This document shows, piece by piece, positions 26,580-39,605 of a stretch of 64,000 nt of DNA. The DNA comes from Octopus sinensis. Taxonomy: Eukaryota. Location: NCBI RefSeq assembly GCF_006345805.1, contig NC_043014.1:22258001-22322000 (forward strand), in the 5' to 3' direction. Positions within the stretch are counted from its first letter, which is position 1, and every line of letters begins with the position of its first letter. A model generated the notes under the pieces. The model did not search any database. It was not told the DNA's origin and was given only the letters and a program-made list of their open reading frames with translations. Position numbers and translations under genes: made by a program.

Positions 26580-26806
26580 ACTTCTTCTTCTTCTTTGCCT
26601 TCTTCTTCTTCTTCTTCTTCTTTGCCTTCTTCTTCTTTGCCTTCTTCTTCTTCTTCTTCTTCTTCTTCTTCTTCTTCTTCTTCTTCTTCTTCTTTGCCTT
26701 CTTATTCTTCTTCTTCTTCTTCTTCTTTGCCTTCTTCTTCTTCTTCTTCTTCTTTGCCTTCTTCTTTGCCTTCTTCTTCTTCGCCTTCTTCTTCGCCTTC
26801 TTCTTT
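26580..26806. repeat. Interrupted (TTC)n/(GAA)n homopyrimidine tract
   Basis: TTC repeats with recurrent TTTGCC / TTCGCC interruptions. Confidence 0.95.
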
Positions 26807-26934
26807 TTCTCTCATGGTCATATTGGGGAGAAAATCAATTTATGGCCATGTGCTAATGTTAAAATAGTTAATGTTAAAATAGTTAAAAGATAAAAGGTAC
26901 CCTTTTATCTTTGAACCCTTTTATCTTTTAAATA

Positions 26935-27630
26935 TAGGTACAAGACCTAAGATTGGGAGGTGGGGTTGATTTCATTGACTGGTACTTATTTTGTTGACCC
27001 CAGCATTTGACTGGTATTTATTTTATCAATCCCCTCCCGCTAAAAAAAAAAGAATGGATGAAAGGCAAAGTTGACATTGGAATTTGAACTCAGAATGTAA
27101 AGCTGGAAGAAATACTGTTAAGCATTTTATCTGACTTGCAAATGATTCTGTTGGCTTGCTGTCTTCCAAAATTGCTATTAATAATAAGGTAATTTAAGGC
27201 GGTGAGCTGGCAGAATCACTAACACACCGGGCAAAATGCTTTGTGGCATTTTGTCTGTTTTTATGTTCTGAGTTCAAATGCCACTGAGGTCAACTTTGCC
27301 CTTCGTCCTTTTGGGGTCAGTAAAATAAGTACCAGTTGAATCCTGAGGTTCAATGTAATTGATTTATCCCTTCCCCAAATTTGCTTGTCTTGTGCCAAAA
27401 TTTGAAATCAATAATAAGGTAATTTGGTGAAGTGGCTGAAATGGTAGTGTGTCAAGAGAAATACTTTGTTGTAGTTAATTACTCTTATTTTCTGAGTTCA
27501 GATCCCACCAGAGTCAGTTTTGCTTTTCATCCCACAAGAATTGATAAAATAAATACTAAAAACTTTTGGGGGATTGACTTAACTGACTATATTCACTCCA
27601 AAAATCCGTGGGCTTGTGCTTATGTTTGAA
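26935..27630. mobile_element. SINE family A trio: 26935-27166 (-), 27196-27412 (+), 27424-27630 (+)
   Basis: Head aaggcggtgagctggcagaatc at 27196; its reverse complement ends ~27166. Confidence 0.8.
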
Positions 27631-27789
27631 GGCACATGACCTACTAGTTAGGCAATAGGGCTCTCCATCATAATATCATGGGTTCAGTTTTTAACCCAAG
27701 AGGTGCATTGTATTCTTGGGCAAGGCATGAACAGTCATTAGTGTAAACTCAGTACAACAGCATTAACCGGTCAGTGGTATGCATGAAAG

Positions 27790-28100
27790 GTCATACATCT
27801 ATATCCCATCTTTATCCTGTGTTAGAAATCAATGTAATAGTAGCAAGGTTGTGTCACCAAAAAACTGCCAAATAGCAGGTTACAAATCTTTGATGTTACT
27901 TCCCTATTCTCCAGGGATTTTTCTTTAACTGAAGTTAGGTATTTTGTAGAATAAATACACATTAAAAATTTTTTATCATATTTATCTGAGAGCATGAAGT
28001 GAGCAGTGTCAACTGTCTCAACCATCAATATATAAACTTTCCAGGTTGTTTACTGGACCTGTCTAGCATAGGGAGTGTTACATACTAGAAGTTCATATCT
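27790..28100 (-). mobile_element. Degraded CR1-like RT fragment
   Basis: Minus ORF VDTAHFMLSDKYDK...VTSKICNLLFGSFLVTQ resembles the VD..YLDFSKAFDKV...GKI..WI..FL..R.Q region. Confidence 0.4.
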
Positions 28101-29149
28101 GATAGCTTATTTGACACTGTAGTCATTGGGGTTTTAATATCACTTACATGAATTGTTCGACAAATTACATGCCTGGTTGCTTGTACTCTATTGTTATGTG
28201 AGAGTAATACCTAAGCCTGTATGTGTTTGGTTAACCTACTCTCATTGGGCAAATTTGTGGTACAGAAGATGACATAGGACACAGGGGTAGCTAATGTGAG
28301 ACACAAGCTGGTTTACAGCATAAAAGTAACTGAGCTTTGATATGTGAGTAATCAGTCTACAGCTAACATGTAGCTGATCTACAACATGCAGGTAGCTTGT
28401 TTGTCACACACTTGGCTCACAAACACACACCTGGCTAATGGCACACAACCAGTTGATAACACAAACTGGTAGCTGACCTATATGATGCAGAATTAGTCAC
28501 TCAAATAAATCTATTGATCATTGTATCTAACTTTGGCTATGCTATCTTATTGAGAGATGTACTGTCATAAGTTTTAAGCATTTGAAACGGTAGCTTAACC
28601 ATGGACTAGCAGAATCAGAAAGAATTAAAAAAAAGATCTAAGGGATTCATGCTCAAAAAAATGAATTAATTCTAATTCTGTGCATAATAAACATAATTGA
28701 ATCTTAAACATTGAGGTGGCTTTAGAGTCAAATGGATAAATATGATCATATTTGGCTTGGCAATTGGAAGATCGTGATCTCAAAGCTTATTTGGGTTTCT
28801 TTTATTAGGCTTGATGCTACTACGGTAATGTAAAGTCTTTTGAATATTTGATTTATTGATAAGATAAAGGCAGTTTTCAACGATTTTGATAAATGTGTAT
28901 AACAATAAACCAGGTTCTATTGGTAACATTAACCCTTCAAGACATAGTACAGCTAATGAAGTTTATCAGCTGCAGTTCATATTTTTATTAATGATTACTG
29001 GAAAATGTCTGGAACATTTTCAGAAATGAAGTTTTACTCACATTAGAGAATTAACAGTGATTAATAGAGGCAAAATCCTGTGATGTGATGTTAATAAGAT
29101 ATCCCTTTAATAAATTAATGTTTCAAATTTAAAATAACTGAAAAATGAA

Positions 29150-31282
29150 CCCTTTTATCTTCTGGGATCAATGGTGTCAACTTAACCCCTCACCTCAAAA
29201 TTGCTGGTCTTGTACCTAAATTAGAAACCATTATTAGAGAGGTGAGTTGGCAGAATTGTGAAAACATCAGACAAAATGCTTTGTGGAATTTAGTTATGGC
29301 CCTTTACATTCTGAGTTCAAATCCTGCGAAGGTTGACTTTTTCTTTCTTCCAGGGTTGATAAAATAAAGTCCCTCTAAAGTATTGCATTTGATTCAATCA
29401 ACTATGCCCTAGTCTCAAATGTCTGGCTTATTAATAATAATTATTATTCTTGAATTGTGTTATTTTATTTCAAGATATTATTTAATGTTGTTCTTTAGTG
29501 TGTTTTTTTTATCATTCCAAAGTTAATAAAATACCAGTAATATATTGCAATCAATCCCAGCTGACCTTACTCTTTATCTAAAAGTAAATTTCAACTCATA
29601 ACTTGACTTATTGAAGTTAATTAGCAGCTTTTTTAATTGGCTCTTTACTTGCTAGTGCCTACACTTCTCTGACAAGAATGTCTGAATGTACAGCATGGCG
29701 CACATCAAATACTAGGCTAGTATGCAGAGAAAGTAACTGACCCATCACATATGTCCTGACTGATATATATACTAGAAAGATAACCATTTTGGTATTGACA
29801 TGTCATGTAAAATAAGTGATTCATGCTGGGAGAAAGAGTACCAGTAGCCAATTGGGATTGTTATTTGACTGCAAGTTATGTCTGCCAAAGCAGACCTGTT
29901 ATTAAAGGTTGTGACCATCCTTTCTATTTTTTGCTTCAGCTATATTATACAAGGTGTCATTTTCTTTTAAAGACATTAGGATGTAATTTGAGAAAGATTT
30001 GGGTACTATTTCTAACACGTTGGTCAGCTTGAGAATATATTAGAAGATACTACAGGTTGAGGTTGACTTGTAAAGACAGCCCAGGCTCTGTTGCTCATTA
30101 GGCTGAAAAAAAAAAAATGTCAAAATATCTATTGCTCTCTGACAAGTTTATGGCCAAGCCTGGGGCAGTGGAGACCTTTGGCATTTTCAGCCCCAGGTCA
30201 TGTCCCTGCTTACTGCTATCAGGGCATGATCTGCAAGTGTATGCTTGTGAATCAGAGTGGCTGTTCCAGTGCATCTCCCTTGCCATCCTCCAGGATGACA
30301 CCTTTTCCAGTTTGTCTACTGGGACCATAAGACAATCTGAATTACAGGAAATCAAGAGAATGTGAGAATTTCATAGCTTACTACCCGTAGTTGGTCAGTA
30401 TATCAACAAGAGATAAATTGTCATTTTTCACCTAAATTAAGATATGACAGAAAAATGAAACACTTTGATTTAGCAATAAATAGTGACGACAGATGATGGT
30501 AAACCAAGGATGAAGTTGTTCAATCACACTTGAGAATGTAAGGTTCTACTTGTGAGATTATGTAAAACCACGAATTTCACCATGAAATTTTAATTTCATG
30601 GTGATGAGCAACAAGAATAATAATTCTTCCTAATTTTGGCATAAAGCATTTTGAGGGAAGACAATAAGTCAAGTTACATCAACTCCAATATTTAACTGGT
30701 ACATATTATATCAGTCCCAAAAGAATGAAAAGTAAAATTTTACTTGGCAGTATTTTAGTTCAGAATATAAAGAGTCAGAAGAAATGCTGCTAATCATTTT
30801 GTCTGACACGCTAATGGTTCTGCCTGTTCTCTGCTTTTAAAAATAGCAGAAGCAATTATGGTTTCAAATTTGGCACAAGGCCAGCAATTTTGGGGTGGGG
30901 GTTAATTACATTGACCCCAGTATTTGACTGGTATTTTATTTCATTAAACCTGAAAGGGTAATTAGCAAAGTTGACTTTAGCAGGATTTGAACTCAGGATG
31001 TAGTTAGAACTCAGGATGAGTTAGAAGAAATAACGCAAGGTATTTTTTCAAGCTTAATTATAATAATAATCCTTTCTACTATAGGCACAAGGCCTGAAAT
31101 TTGTGTGGAGGAAGGGGGCTTGCCAATTAAATTGGGATTGACGAAGTAAGCCCCAGTTGAGCACTGGGACTTACTTCGTCAATCCCATAAGGGTGAAAGG
31201 CAAAGTTGACCAACTTCTGCAGAATTTGAACTCAGAATGTAATGACATGAAATGTTGCTAAGCATTTTATGCAGCATGCTAG
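29150..31282. mobile_element. SINE family A copies: 29237-29430 (+); 30625-30838, 30858-31050, 31068-31282 (all -)
   Basis: Family A diagnostic motifs separated by (TAA)n spacers. Confidence 0.75.
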
Positions 31283-31369
31283 CAATTCTGCCAACTCACC
31301 GTAATGATTTCTTTATTTAACTACTAAAGGTCCACATAAAGAACATGCTGGTCTGCATACTGTTCAGCT

Positions 31370-31800
31370 TTCTGTGGAGGGGTTGCATTTCACTGGCAAG
31401 GCACTCCATCTGTTGTCAATTTTTATTTGTCTGGTGGCTGTAGCAAAAGAGGTAGTGTGGTGGACATGTTTGAAATGGCTAAAGACATTTTTCTCTTTGG
31501 CCAAGCCCTCATAAACATTTTTAAGTTTCACTTGAAAAGGAAAGTGAGGGTGGAGAGAGAAGTGTTGCCTTCTACAAAATTTGCTGAAAGTCAGAAAAAT
31601 GGCCAGTGTGAAAGGACCCATTTTAAGCATGCACCTGTGAAAGATAAAAGAAGGGCTCTTGCCCTGTTGATCAGGCACATGTGGCTTTTGTTGGTTTTTC
31701 CATGAGGACCTTAAAGTGCCCCCCTTATTAATTTGTTTATGTTGTATGTCATTTAATGTTTCCGTATGTGAGCCTTTGTGGCTAATAGAAGAATAAATTA
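31370..31800 (+). mobile_element. Tx1/L1-like LINE 3' fragment with internal deletion
   Basis: LFSFLWRGCISLARHSICCQ joined directly to atttttatttgtctggtggc...; homologous to 35140 and 35785-36240; ends cctttgtggctaatagaagaa(tta)n. Confidence 0.75.
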
Positions 31801-32004
31801 TTATTATTATTATCATTATTAAGGTGGCGAGCTGGCAGAATCATTACCATCCTGGGTAAAATGCTTTGCGGCATTTCATCCATCTTTACATTCTGAGTTC
31901 AAATCCCACCGAGGTTGACTTGGCCTTTCATCCTTTCAGGGTTGATAAACTGACTTACCCCTTTGTGCTAAAATTTGTTGGCCTTGTGCTAAAATTTGAA
32001 ATCA

Positions 32005-32415
32005 TTATTACCTTCGCAAAGGCGGAGGTATTGTTTTCAGTCATGTTTGTTTGTTTGTCCATGGACAAGATATCTTAAGAACCACTGGATAAACTGAAAA
32101 AGGCCTTTATAGAGGAAACTGTCTTTGTTCCCACTGCAGACGACGCACACATGGCATTACAAACACAGCCCGCACACCGACCTTCACATTCCATGACTAC
32201 CATTGGGATTGATCAGATACTGGACAAGGATTCTGGATTATTTTTCTGATTTAAAAAATTTTTGAGAGCAGTTGGGTTCATTTTTAATATCCTCATTTGT
32301 GAGAACAGTCGAGTTTATTTCAGATATTCTCATTTTAAAAATCATCTCTAGCTAATCGTTGAGAGGACGTTGGTATTGCCTTGGTGGAGGCTTGTACTCC
32401 CTGAGTGTTCTTGTT
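32005..32415 (+). mobile_element. Helentron-associated non-autonomous element (DINE-1/HINE-like)
   Basis: 5' ttattaccttcgcaaaggcggaggtattgtttt, gtttgtttgtttgtc microsatellite, 3' subTIR ccttggtggagg plus hairpin remnant actccctgagtgttcttgtt. Confidence 0.65.
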
Positions 32416-32629
32416 ATTATTAAGGTGGTGAACTGGAAGAATTGTTTGCATCAGGCAAAATGCTTCGTGGCATTTTGTCTGTCTTTATGTTCTGAGTTCT
32501 AATTCTGCTGAGGTTGACTTTGCCTTTCATCCTTTTAGGGTCGATAAGTACTAGCTGAATTCTGGGGTCACTGTTATGAACTATCCCCCTCGTGCCAAAA
32601 TTTAAAATTATTATTATCATAGCTATACC

Positions 32630-33352
32630 TGAAAAGTCGAGCAGAAGTGGAAAACGCTTTCATTGCCTCTGTCATATTTTACTCTATGTGCATGGAAGTG
32701 CCTTCAGCTGGGCTTGCCCAAGATGTGTTCAGAGTGATGAAATTGTCTGTTCTGGAAGCTCTTGTCCAGTGCCTGTGTATTTCTGACTCGTGGCTTTATG
32801 TTGAACACTTGCTGTCGCATGTAAAACAGATCCGGCTGTTGGCTGAGTCCATTGGGAAGATAGTCCTGCCAACTTCCTTTGACCAGAAAGGGCAGGCTGT
32901 CTTTCTTTAGTGAAAGAGGTCATGTGGTAAACCAAATTGAAAGGGCTGAAGACAGATTCTCCTATTTGGCCAAGCCAGAATCAACTTTTTCAAGTTTCAC
33001 TTGAAAAGGAAAGTTAGGATGGAGAGGGAAGTGCTGCTTCTCAGCAATTTTGTTAAAAGATTAGTTTAATGTTGCAAGAATGGTCCAAGTGAATAGGCCT
33101 AATCTAAGCATATACCTGTAAGTTTAAGGAAGTCAATGTGAAGTGGGTACTTGCCCTAGTGGTCAAGGTGACTGGTTTCTGTGATGTCTCCATGCACAGC
33201 CTTTGGAAGTCTCCCACTTTTTGGGAATTTTCATTGTTATAATTTTATATTGTTACTGTTTTATTTTTTACATGCCTTTTATGTAACCCCACATTGTATT
33301 GTCCTGTACTGTCCCCAATGTTTTTATGAACCGTCGTTGGTTAATAAAGAAA
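32630..33352 (+). mobile_element. Tx1/L1-like LINE 3' fragment
   Basis: SWACPRCVQSDE...LEALVQC (CCHC finger), homologous to 35600-36240; ends ttaataaagaa(tta)n. Confidence 0.8.
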
Positions 33353-34384
33353 ATATTATTATTATTATTGTGGTGAGCTGGCAGAATCATTAGCACAACA
33401 GGCAAAATGCTTAGCGGCATTTTGTCTGTCTTTATGTTCTGAGGTCAAATTCTGCTGTCAACTTCACCTTTCATCCTTTTTGGGTCAATAAATTAAGCAC
33501 CAGTTTCACTGAGGTCGATATAATCAACTAGTCCCCTCCCCCAAAATTTCAGGCCTTGTGCCTTTAGTAGAAAGGGTTATTATTATCATTATTATGATTG
33601 TTGTTGTTATAATAATAATAATAATAATAATTATTATTATTATTGTTACAGTGGCAAGCTGACTAACGTTAGAATGTCAGGCAAAAAGTTTAATGGCATT
33701 TCTTCTATCTTGACATTCTGAGTTCAAATTCTGCTGAGGTTGACTTTGATTTTCATCCTTTCAGAGTCAATAAAATAAGTACTAGTTGAGCACTGGGATT
33801 GATGTTATCGACTTACTCCCTCCCCTGAAATAGTTGATCTTGTTCCAAAATTTGAAATCATCATTATTTATCATCATCATCATTAAGGCAATGAGCTGAA
33901 AAAATTGTTAGCATGCTAGGTAAAATGCTTAGCAGCATTTCATCCATCTTTATGTTCTGAGTTCAAATCCCACTGAGGTCAACTTTGCTTTTCATTCTTT
34001 CATGGTCAATAAATTAAATACCAGTTGAGCCTTAGAGACTGAGGATGATGTAGTCGATTTGTCTTCTTCCCCAAAATTTCAGTTTTTGTACATATAGTAG
34101 AAAGGATTATTATTTCTATTATTATCATCATTGAGGCAGTGAGCTGGCAGAATTGTTAGCACACAGGGCAAAATGCTTAGTGGTATTTTGTTTTTACGTT
34201 GTGAGTTCAAATTCCACTGATGTCGATTTTGCCTCTCATCTTTTTGGTGTTGATAAAATAAGTACCAATGGAGAGCTTTGGTGTTGATGCAATTGACTTA
34301 CCCTTTCCCCTGAAATTACTGGCCTTGTGCCAAAATCTAAAATCATTTATTTAAGGTGGTGTGCTGGTAGAATGTTGGCCAGCA

Positions 34385-36240
34385 GATAAGGATAGCATAG
34401 GCTGTCCACAATTTCACGTAGTTGGCTACACATACCACAAATTCATGATCTGTACAGTTGACTTAGATAGGCTTCATAGACAGGGTCCCGGTTACCAGAA
34501 GCTGAACACATTACAAGCATGTCAAGCTTACAGAGACTGGATTAGCATATTAATTCAGAGAGCATTCACAGGGGCAAACTGGTGGTTTGCTCTTAAAAAG
34601 GCAATTAGAGTACAATGCGTTAGGTTTAGCAAGGCTTTAGCAGTAGAAAGAAATAGAATAGAGTGAGATTTAGTTAGATGAGGTGCTTAGGAAAGAACCA
34701 TTCAACATCTTGCACTCGGTCTGTCAAGGATGCCCTCTCTCCTCTCTTCTGTATGTACTGTCTCTTGAGCCACAGGGATATAGATCTGATTAGCAACACA
34801 CTAAAAGAATATGAAGCGGTGACAGGAGCAGAAATTAACACAGGCAAGTCAGTGGGCTTGCAACTTGGCACCTGGAGAGGCAAATACATGCCATACAACA
34901 GTGTCATGGGGCACTGGGCATATGGTCTGGTTTGGTCCAGACCTCCAGGTGGAGAAAAACTGGGACAAGGTGACAAACAGGGTGGCCAATCTCATCCAGA
35001 AATGGGCCGAGAGGAAGCTGTCTCTGAAGGGTCGAGCCGAGGTGGCGAATGCATACATCACATCCATCATCTATTACCACTTGACCATCGTCTCTTGCCC
35101 CGTTTGCTGGTTGATCAAGCCAGCGTGCTTACTCTTCCATTTTCTGTGGAAGGGGCACGTTCCGTTGGTCAGGATTTCCAGCTGCTGAATGGAGGGCTGG
35201 GCATGCTGTAGTTGCTGATGTGCAGACATGCACTCAGGCTATGGCATCTCGATCATTTCCTTGACAGTGAGCAAGTGTGGTTACCATTTGTCGAGCTGCA
35301 ATCCCGGATTAGGCGTAGGGCAAGGAGGGGTGCTTGGCACCTTGAGTGCCATCAAGCACTCACAGCTCTCTGCCAAGCAGGCAATGTGGTCGGTGGTAGT
35401 TCCATTCTAGCATTCTATAGTGAGTTAGTGGAGGGAAAGTGCAATGACGTTCTCAGGGAAACTCTGGGCATCAACGAGGATCAACTTACTGGCTTGTTTT
35501 AGAACTTTCGGGTCTGAGCCTATGGATAACTTGCCCGGAGGTGCTACAGAGGGATTGCTTGCTGCCTGTTCAGGATAAACTTTGCAGGCATGGAAGTGCT
35601 ATCAGCTGGGCCTGCCCAAGGTGCATGCAGAGTGATGAAACCATTCTGCATGCCCTTGTCCAGTGCCCAATCATTACTGACCTGTGGGTTTATGTCAAAC
35701 ACCATGTAGAACAGATCCGGCTATCAGCTGAATCCATAGTGAAGATTGCCCTGCCACCCTCCTTTGGCCTGGAGGGGCAGGCAATTTTTATTTGTCTGGT
35801 GGCTCTAGCAAAAGAGGCAGCATGGTGGGCTTGTTTGAAAGGGCTATACTCAGACACTTTTCTCTTTGCCCAGGTCCTCATCAACTTTTTCAAGTTTCAC
35901 TTGAGGAAAGTGAGGGTGGAGAGAGAAGTGTTGCCTTCTAGCAAATGAGTGAATGAAGAATGGCCAGGGTGAAAGGACCAATTGTGAGCAATCACCTGTG
36001 AATGATAAAAGCAGAAGCGCTCTTGCCCTGTGGTTCACACATCCATGGCTTTTGTGGGTTTTTCCACGAGGACCTTTAAAGTACCTCTCCTAATGGCAGT
36101 TTTATGTTGTTTAATATTTTATTGTTTTGTATTGTTTACACAAGGAAAACCCTTTGTATCATCTTATGTTGTCTTTTAATGTTACTGTATGTCCTTTAAT
36201 GTTGTTTTATGTAAGCCCTTGTGGCTAATAAAAGAATAAA
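34385..36240 (+). mobile_element. Tx1/L1-like LINE, 5'-truncated and disrupted
   Basis: KEYEAVTGAEINTGKSVGLQLGTWRG, FGPDLQVEKNW, RKLSLKGRAEVAN, FLWKG..GGLG, CPRCMQSDETILHALVQCP; frameshifts and stops. Confidence 0.85.
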
Positions 36241-37289
36241 TTATTTTTATTATTAATATTATTTTGTTTAGAATTAATAAATTCAACTACCACATAAACA
36301 TTATGGGATGCTCTTGTTTCATGTCAACAAACTGGACACAGTTTTTGTGAAGTCTAAGCAGTTAATCATGTGTAACCAAATGATACTCAAGTTTTACAGC
36401 TGGATGCTCATTTACTTGTTAATCAACTAAGAGTGTTATCTAAGAGAGAGAGAGGGGAAAAGAGGAAGAGAACATTAAAAAAAGGTGATGATGAAAGAAG
36501 AAGTTAGGAATGTCTGAGACATTGACCTTATTAAGTTGCAAATTCTAAAGACCTAAGTAAAAAGAGATAAAGAATATGAGAGAGAAAAATGAGAGGAAGG
36601 GGGATAAATTAATTAATGATATCTATAAGCTGATGTCCTCAATAGCTAAACTGTGTTAATAGATCAATCTAATCTCCTATTGGTTAATCTCCCCATCACA
36701 TGACCTGGCTCTTTTTCTAATTAATAGTGAAGGTATCCAGTGAAAAACTTTTTTCAAATTCTCCATACAGATGTCATTGCCATCTGTAGAAAACATTTTT
36801 TATACACACACACATTTGTCATTGATTACTCTGTTTGTATTTCCAATTTGTCTTGGAAAGTCTTGTTATCAAGGAGTTCATATTAAGTAAGTTGCTAAGT
36901 GAACAATACGTTACTGTTTGTATATGTTGCTAAGTGAACTATACATTGTTGTGTAAAAAAAAGACAAACTCAAACCTTTTGTGAGATTTTACATCGATAT
37001 TTAAAACTTCTCACAATAAAAAAAACCAAGGGAACTTCTAGGTCGTCGCCTGACTGCTAGAAATAGCAGTCAAATTTTCAAATCACACTCTACTTTTAAA
37101 AGAAAAAAGACATTGAAGTAATGGTGTGTTGCTGTTAAGCTTCAATACATCTGGGTTCAAAAAGTACATTGCATTAAAATAAAGCTTGCAGCAAAATCTC
37201 TATTTTGGTACAGCTTATTGCTTAAACCACACTTATGTGTTTAACTCTTTTTCACCAGCCTGCTTGAGACTGCTCCTAATGCTATGATC

Positions 37290-37735
37290 TTACTTGTTTC
37301 AATCATTAGACTGCGACCATACTGGAGTACTGCTTTTAATTGTTTTAGTTGAACAAATAGACCCCAGTACTTCGTTTTGTCAAGCCTGGTACTTACTGTA
37401 TCAGTCTGTTTTGCCAAACTGCTAAGTTATGGAGGTGTAAACACGCCAACACTGGTTGTCAAGCAGTGGTGGGGGACAAACACAGACACTAAGACACACA
37501 CACATCATCATCATCGTTTAACGTCCGTTTTCCGCGCTAGCACGGGTTGGACGGTTTGACCGGGGTCTGGGGAGCCAGGGGCTGCCCCAGGCTTAGGCTT
37601 CTTTCAGTTTCTACCAAATCCTCACAAGGCTTTGGTTGGCCTGAGGCTATAGTAGAAGACACTTGCCCAAGGTGCCACATAGTAGGATTGAACCATATAG
37701 TTGGGAAGCAAGCTTCTTACCACACAGCCATGCCA
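37290..37735 (-). mobile_element. SINE family B containing a family C (RTE-tail) fragment at ~37503-37585
   Basis: ttgtttcaatcattagactgcgaccatactggag...; catcatcatcgtttaacgtccg; ctatagtagaagacacttgcccaaggtgccac. Confidence 0.75.
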
Positions 37736-38626
37736 AGCAATTTAAATTAAAATCTATCAAAATTTCACATGAATTTATGTTCTAAATGTTACCTTAATAA
37801 GGAAAAAGTTTATTTAATAAATTCTTCATTAGTTTTGAAATTAATTGGAATAAAGGTAGTGTATTTCCATATATACAGTAATAGATGGGATAACTCATGT
37901 AGCAAATGTGCTTTAAAATTTCAGTGCAGTTTTTGTATATAAACCGAACGTGTTTAAATGGTGCAGTAAATGTATAATGCTGCAGCATCATTTGTGTAAT
38001 TATTTGTAAATACTATTTAGCTATATGTCAGTGTTGATTAAACAAACCAAAGATGAATGGTGTTTCAACTGTGACCGGCTTGTCTCATTTCTGATGTTGC
38101 GTATATTTAGGACTACATTGTCTCTTGTATCCTTCCTATTTTTAAAACAATATAGTGTGGTATTAGAGAGATTTCACTGTTATTTCTTATAGGTCTTGAT
38201 GCTACATAGGAGATTTTCTCATTGGTTCCTGTTGTTGCAGGAAGTTCTTGATGATGTCTATTGCTCACTTTTGGATAGTGGATTAATATGTGCACAAATC
38301 TGTTTATAAGGATTTTCTTTAACTAATGGATATTATTGCTAATGAAATACATGTAAGATGATATAAATAAAATAATTTATGAATCAAATATAATATATAT
38401 AAAACTACTGTCAGAAAGTTGACTGTTACACATAGTGTCAAATGTCTACAGAGAAGGCCCTAATGTCTCACCTGAGTCCCTATTTTAAAGATAGTAGGAA
38501 GCTTAGTTTAATCATTTGAAGTTAAACATGTGTAAATATTCCAACATTTCCTTGTGAAGATGAAGATGATACCACAGATTTTTGAGTTGTAAGGTTCATG
38601 TCTCTTCCTCATTATACACACACACA

Positions 38627-39090
38627 AGGTGCATTCCAAGAGTTTTCAGACCTTTACAGGAAGTACAAAGCTCTAATCTACTTCAAAGTAGGACCCTCTG
38701 ACTTCAATGCACTTGTTGTAGCACTCTAATCACATTGTGATGACCTCGCAGAAGTCCTCCAAAGTGAGAGTCTTCAGGACCATTGTCATAGCTTCAAAGC
38801 AACTGCTTCTGAAGTTCTCCAGCTTGGGGAACAACCAAAAGTCACAGAGAGCAAGGTCGAGTCAGTAGGGAGGGTGAGGGACAGTTTTTGATGTAGTTGG
38901 TTACCAGGATGGAATTGTAGAGTGGTATATATCAGGATAGAATTGTAGAATGGTACTTGGTTACCAGGATGCTCAGCACTGAGCACTCTAGGAACAAACT
39001 TTGTACAAATTTCACAGTTGTTCAGATCTTCATGAATAATTCTATGTACAGTTATAACTGTCTCCTAAAAAAAGTCTAAATACTTCTAGA
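38627..39090 (-). mobile_element. Internally deleted mariner transposase remnant
   Basis: Minus frames: VHRIIHEDLNNCEICTKFVPRVL (WVP region) and PKLEN..EAMTMVLKTLTLEDF...YNKCIEVRGSYFE (C-terminal KCI..G.YFE motif). Confidence 0.65.
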
Positions 39091-39289
39091 ATACACCTTG
39101 TGCATATATATATATACACACACGTGTGTGTATGTATGTGTGTGTATATATATATATAAAGTTTTATATTTTACTTATTTCAGTTACTGCACTGTGGCCA
39201 TGCTGGAGCACTACCCACCCACTTTTCCTATTCATCTGTCCCTATTCTCTCCCTTATTCACCTTGTACTTTGACCTCATATCTCTCTCT

Positions 39290-39605
39290 CTCCAAATGGA
39301 AAGCCCTGTAATCACCTCTTCAGCCAGACACCTGCTCCTGTCCCTCTATCATACTTTCATATGTCTCATTACTATATCCCACTCAGCTAAGGAATCTTGT
39401 CTTGTGAGTACTTAGTGACGTCACTGGTGCTGGTGCCTCGAGAAAGCACCCGTTATACCTAATAAAGTGGTTGGTGTTAGGAAGGGCATCCAGCTATAGA
39501 AAATATGTCAAAGCAGACACTGGAGCTCAATACAGTATTCTAGTTCATCAGTTCTTGTAGAACCGTCCAACCCATGTCAGCATGCAAAACATATTAAACG
39601 ATCAT
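39290..39605 (+). mobile_element. RTE 3'UTR-type repeat (family C variant)
   Basis: gtggttggtgttaggaagggcatccagctatagaaa...gaaccgtccaacccatg. Confidence 0.7.

Larger units (their letters stand above)
31821..34345 (+). mobile_element. Head-to-tail SINE family A array: 31821-32003, 32421-32605, 33369-33580, 33647-33860, 33884-34110, 34133-34345
   Basis: Each copy starts aaggyggygagctggcagaa directly after a (TTA)n/(TCA)n run. Confidence 0.8.

Noticed and set aside
26490-26893. Poly-Ser and poly-Phe ORFs
   Set aside because: They are frames of the (TTC)n microsatellite with no other coding evidence.
38229-38290. Possible exon EVLDDVYCSLLDSGLI after ttgttgcag
   Set aside because: Too short, no convincing donor and no recognisable homology.
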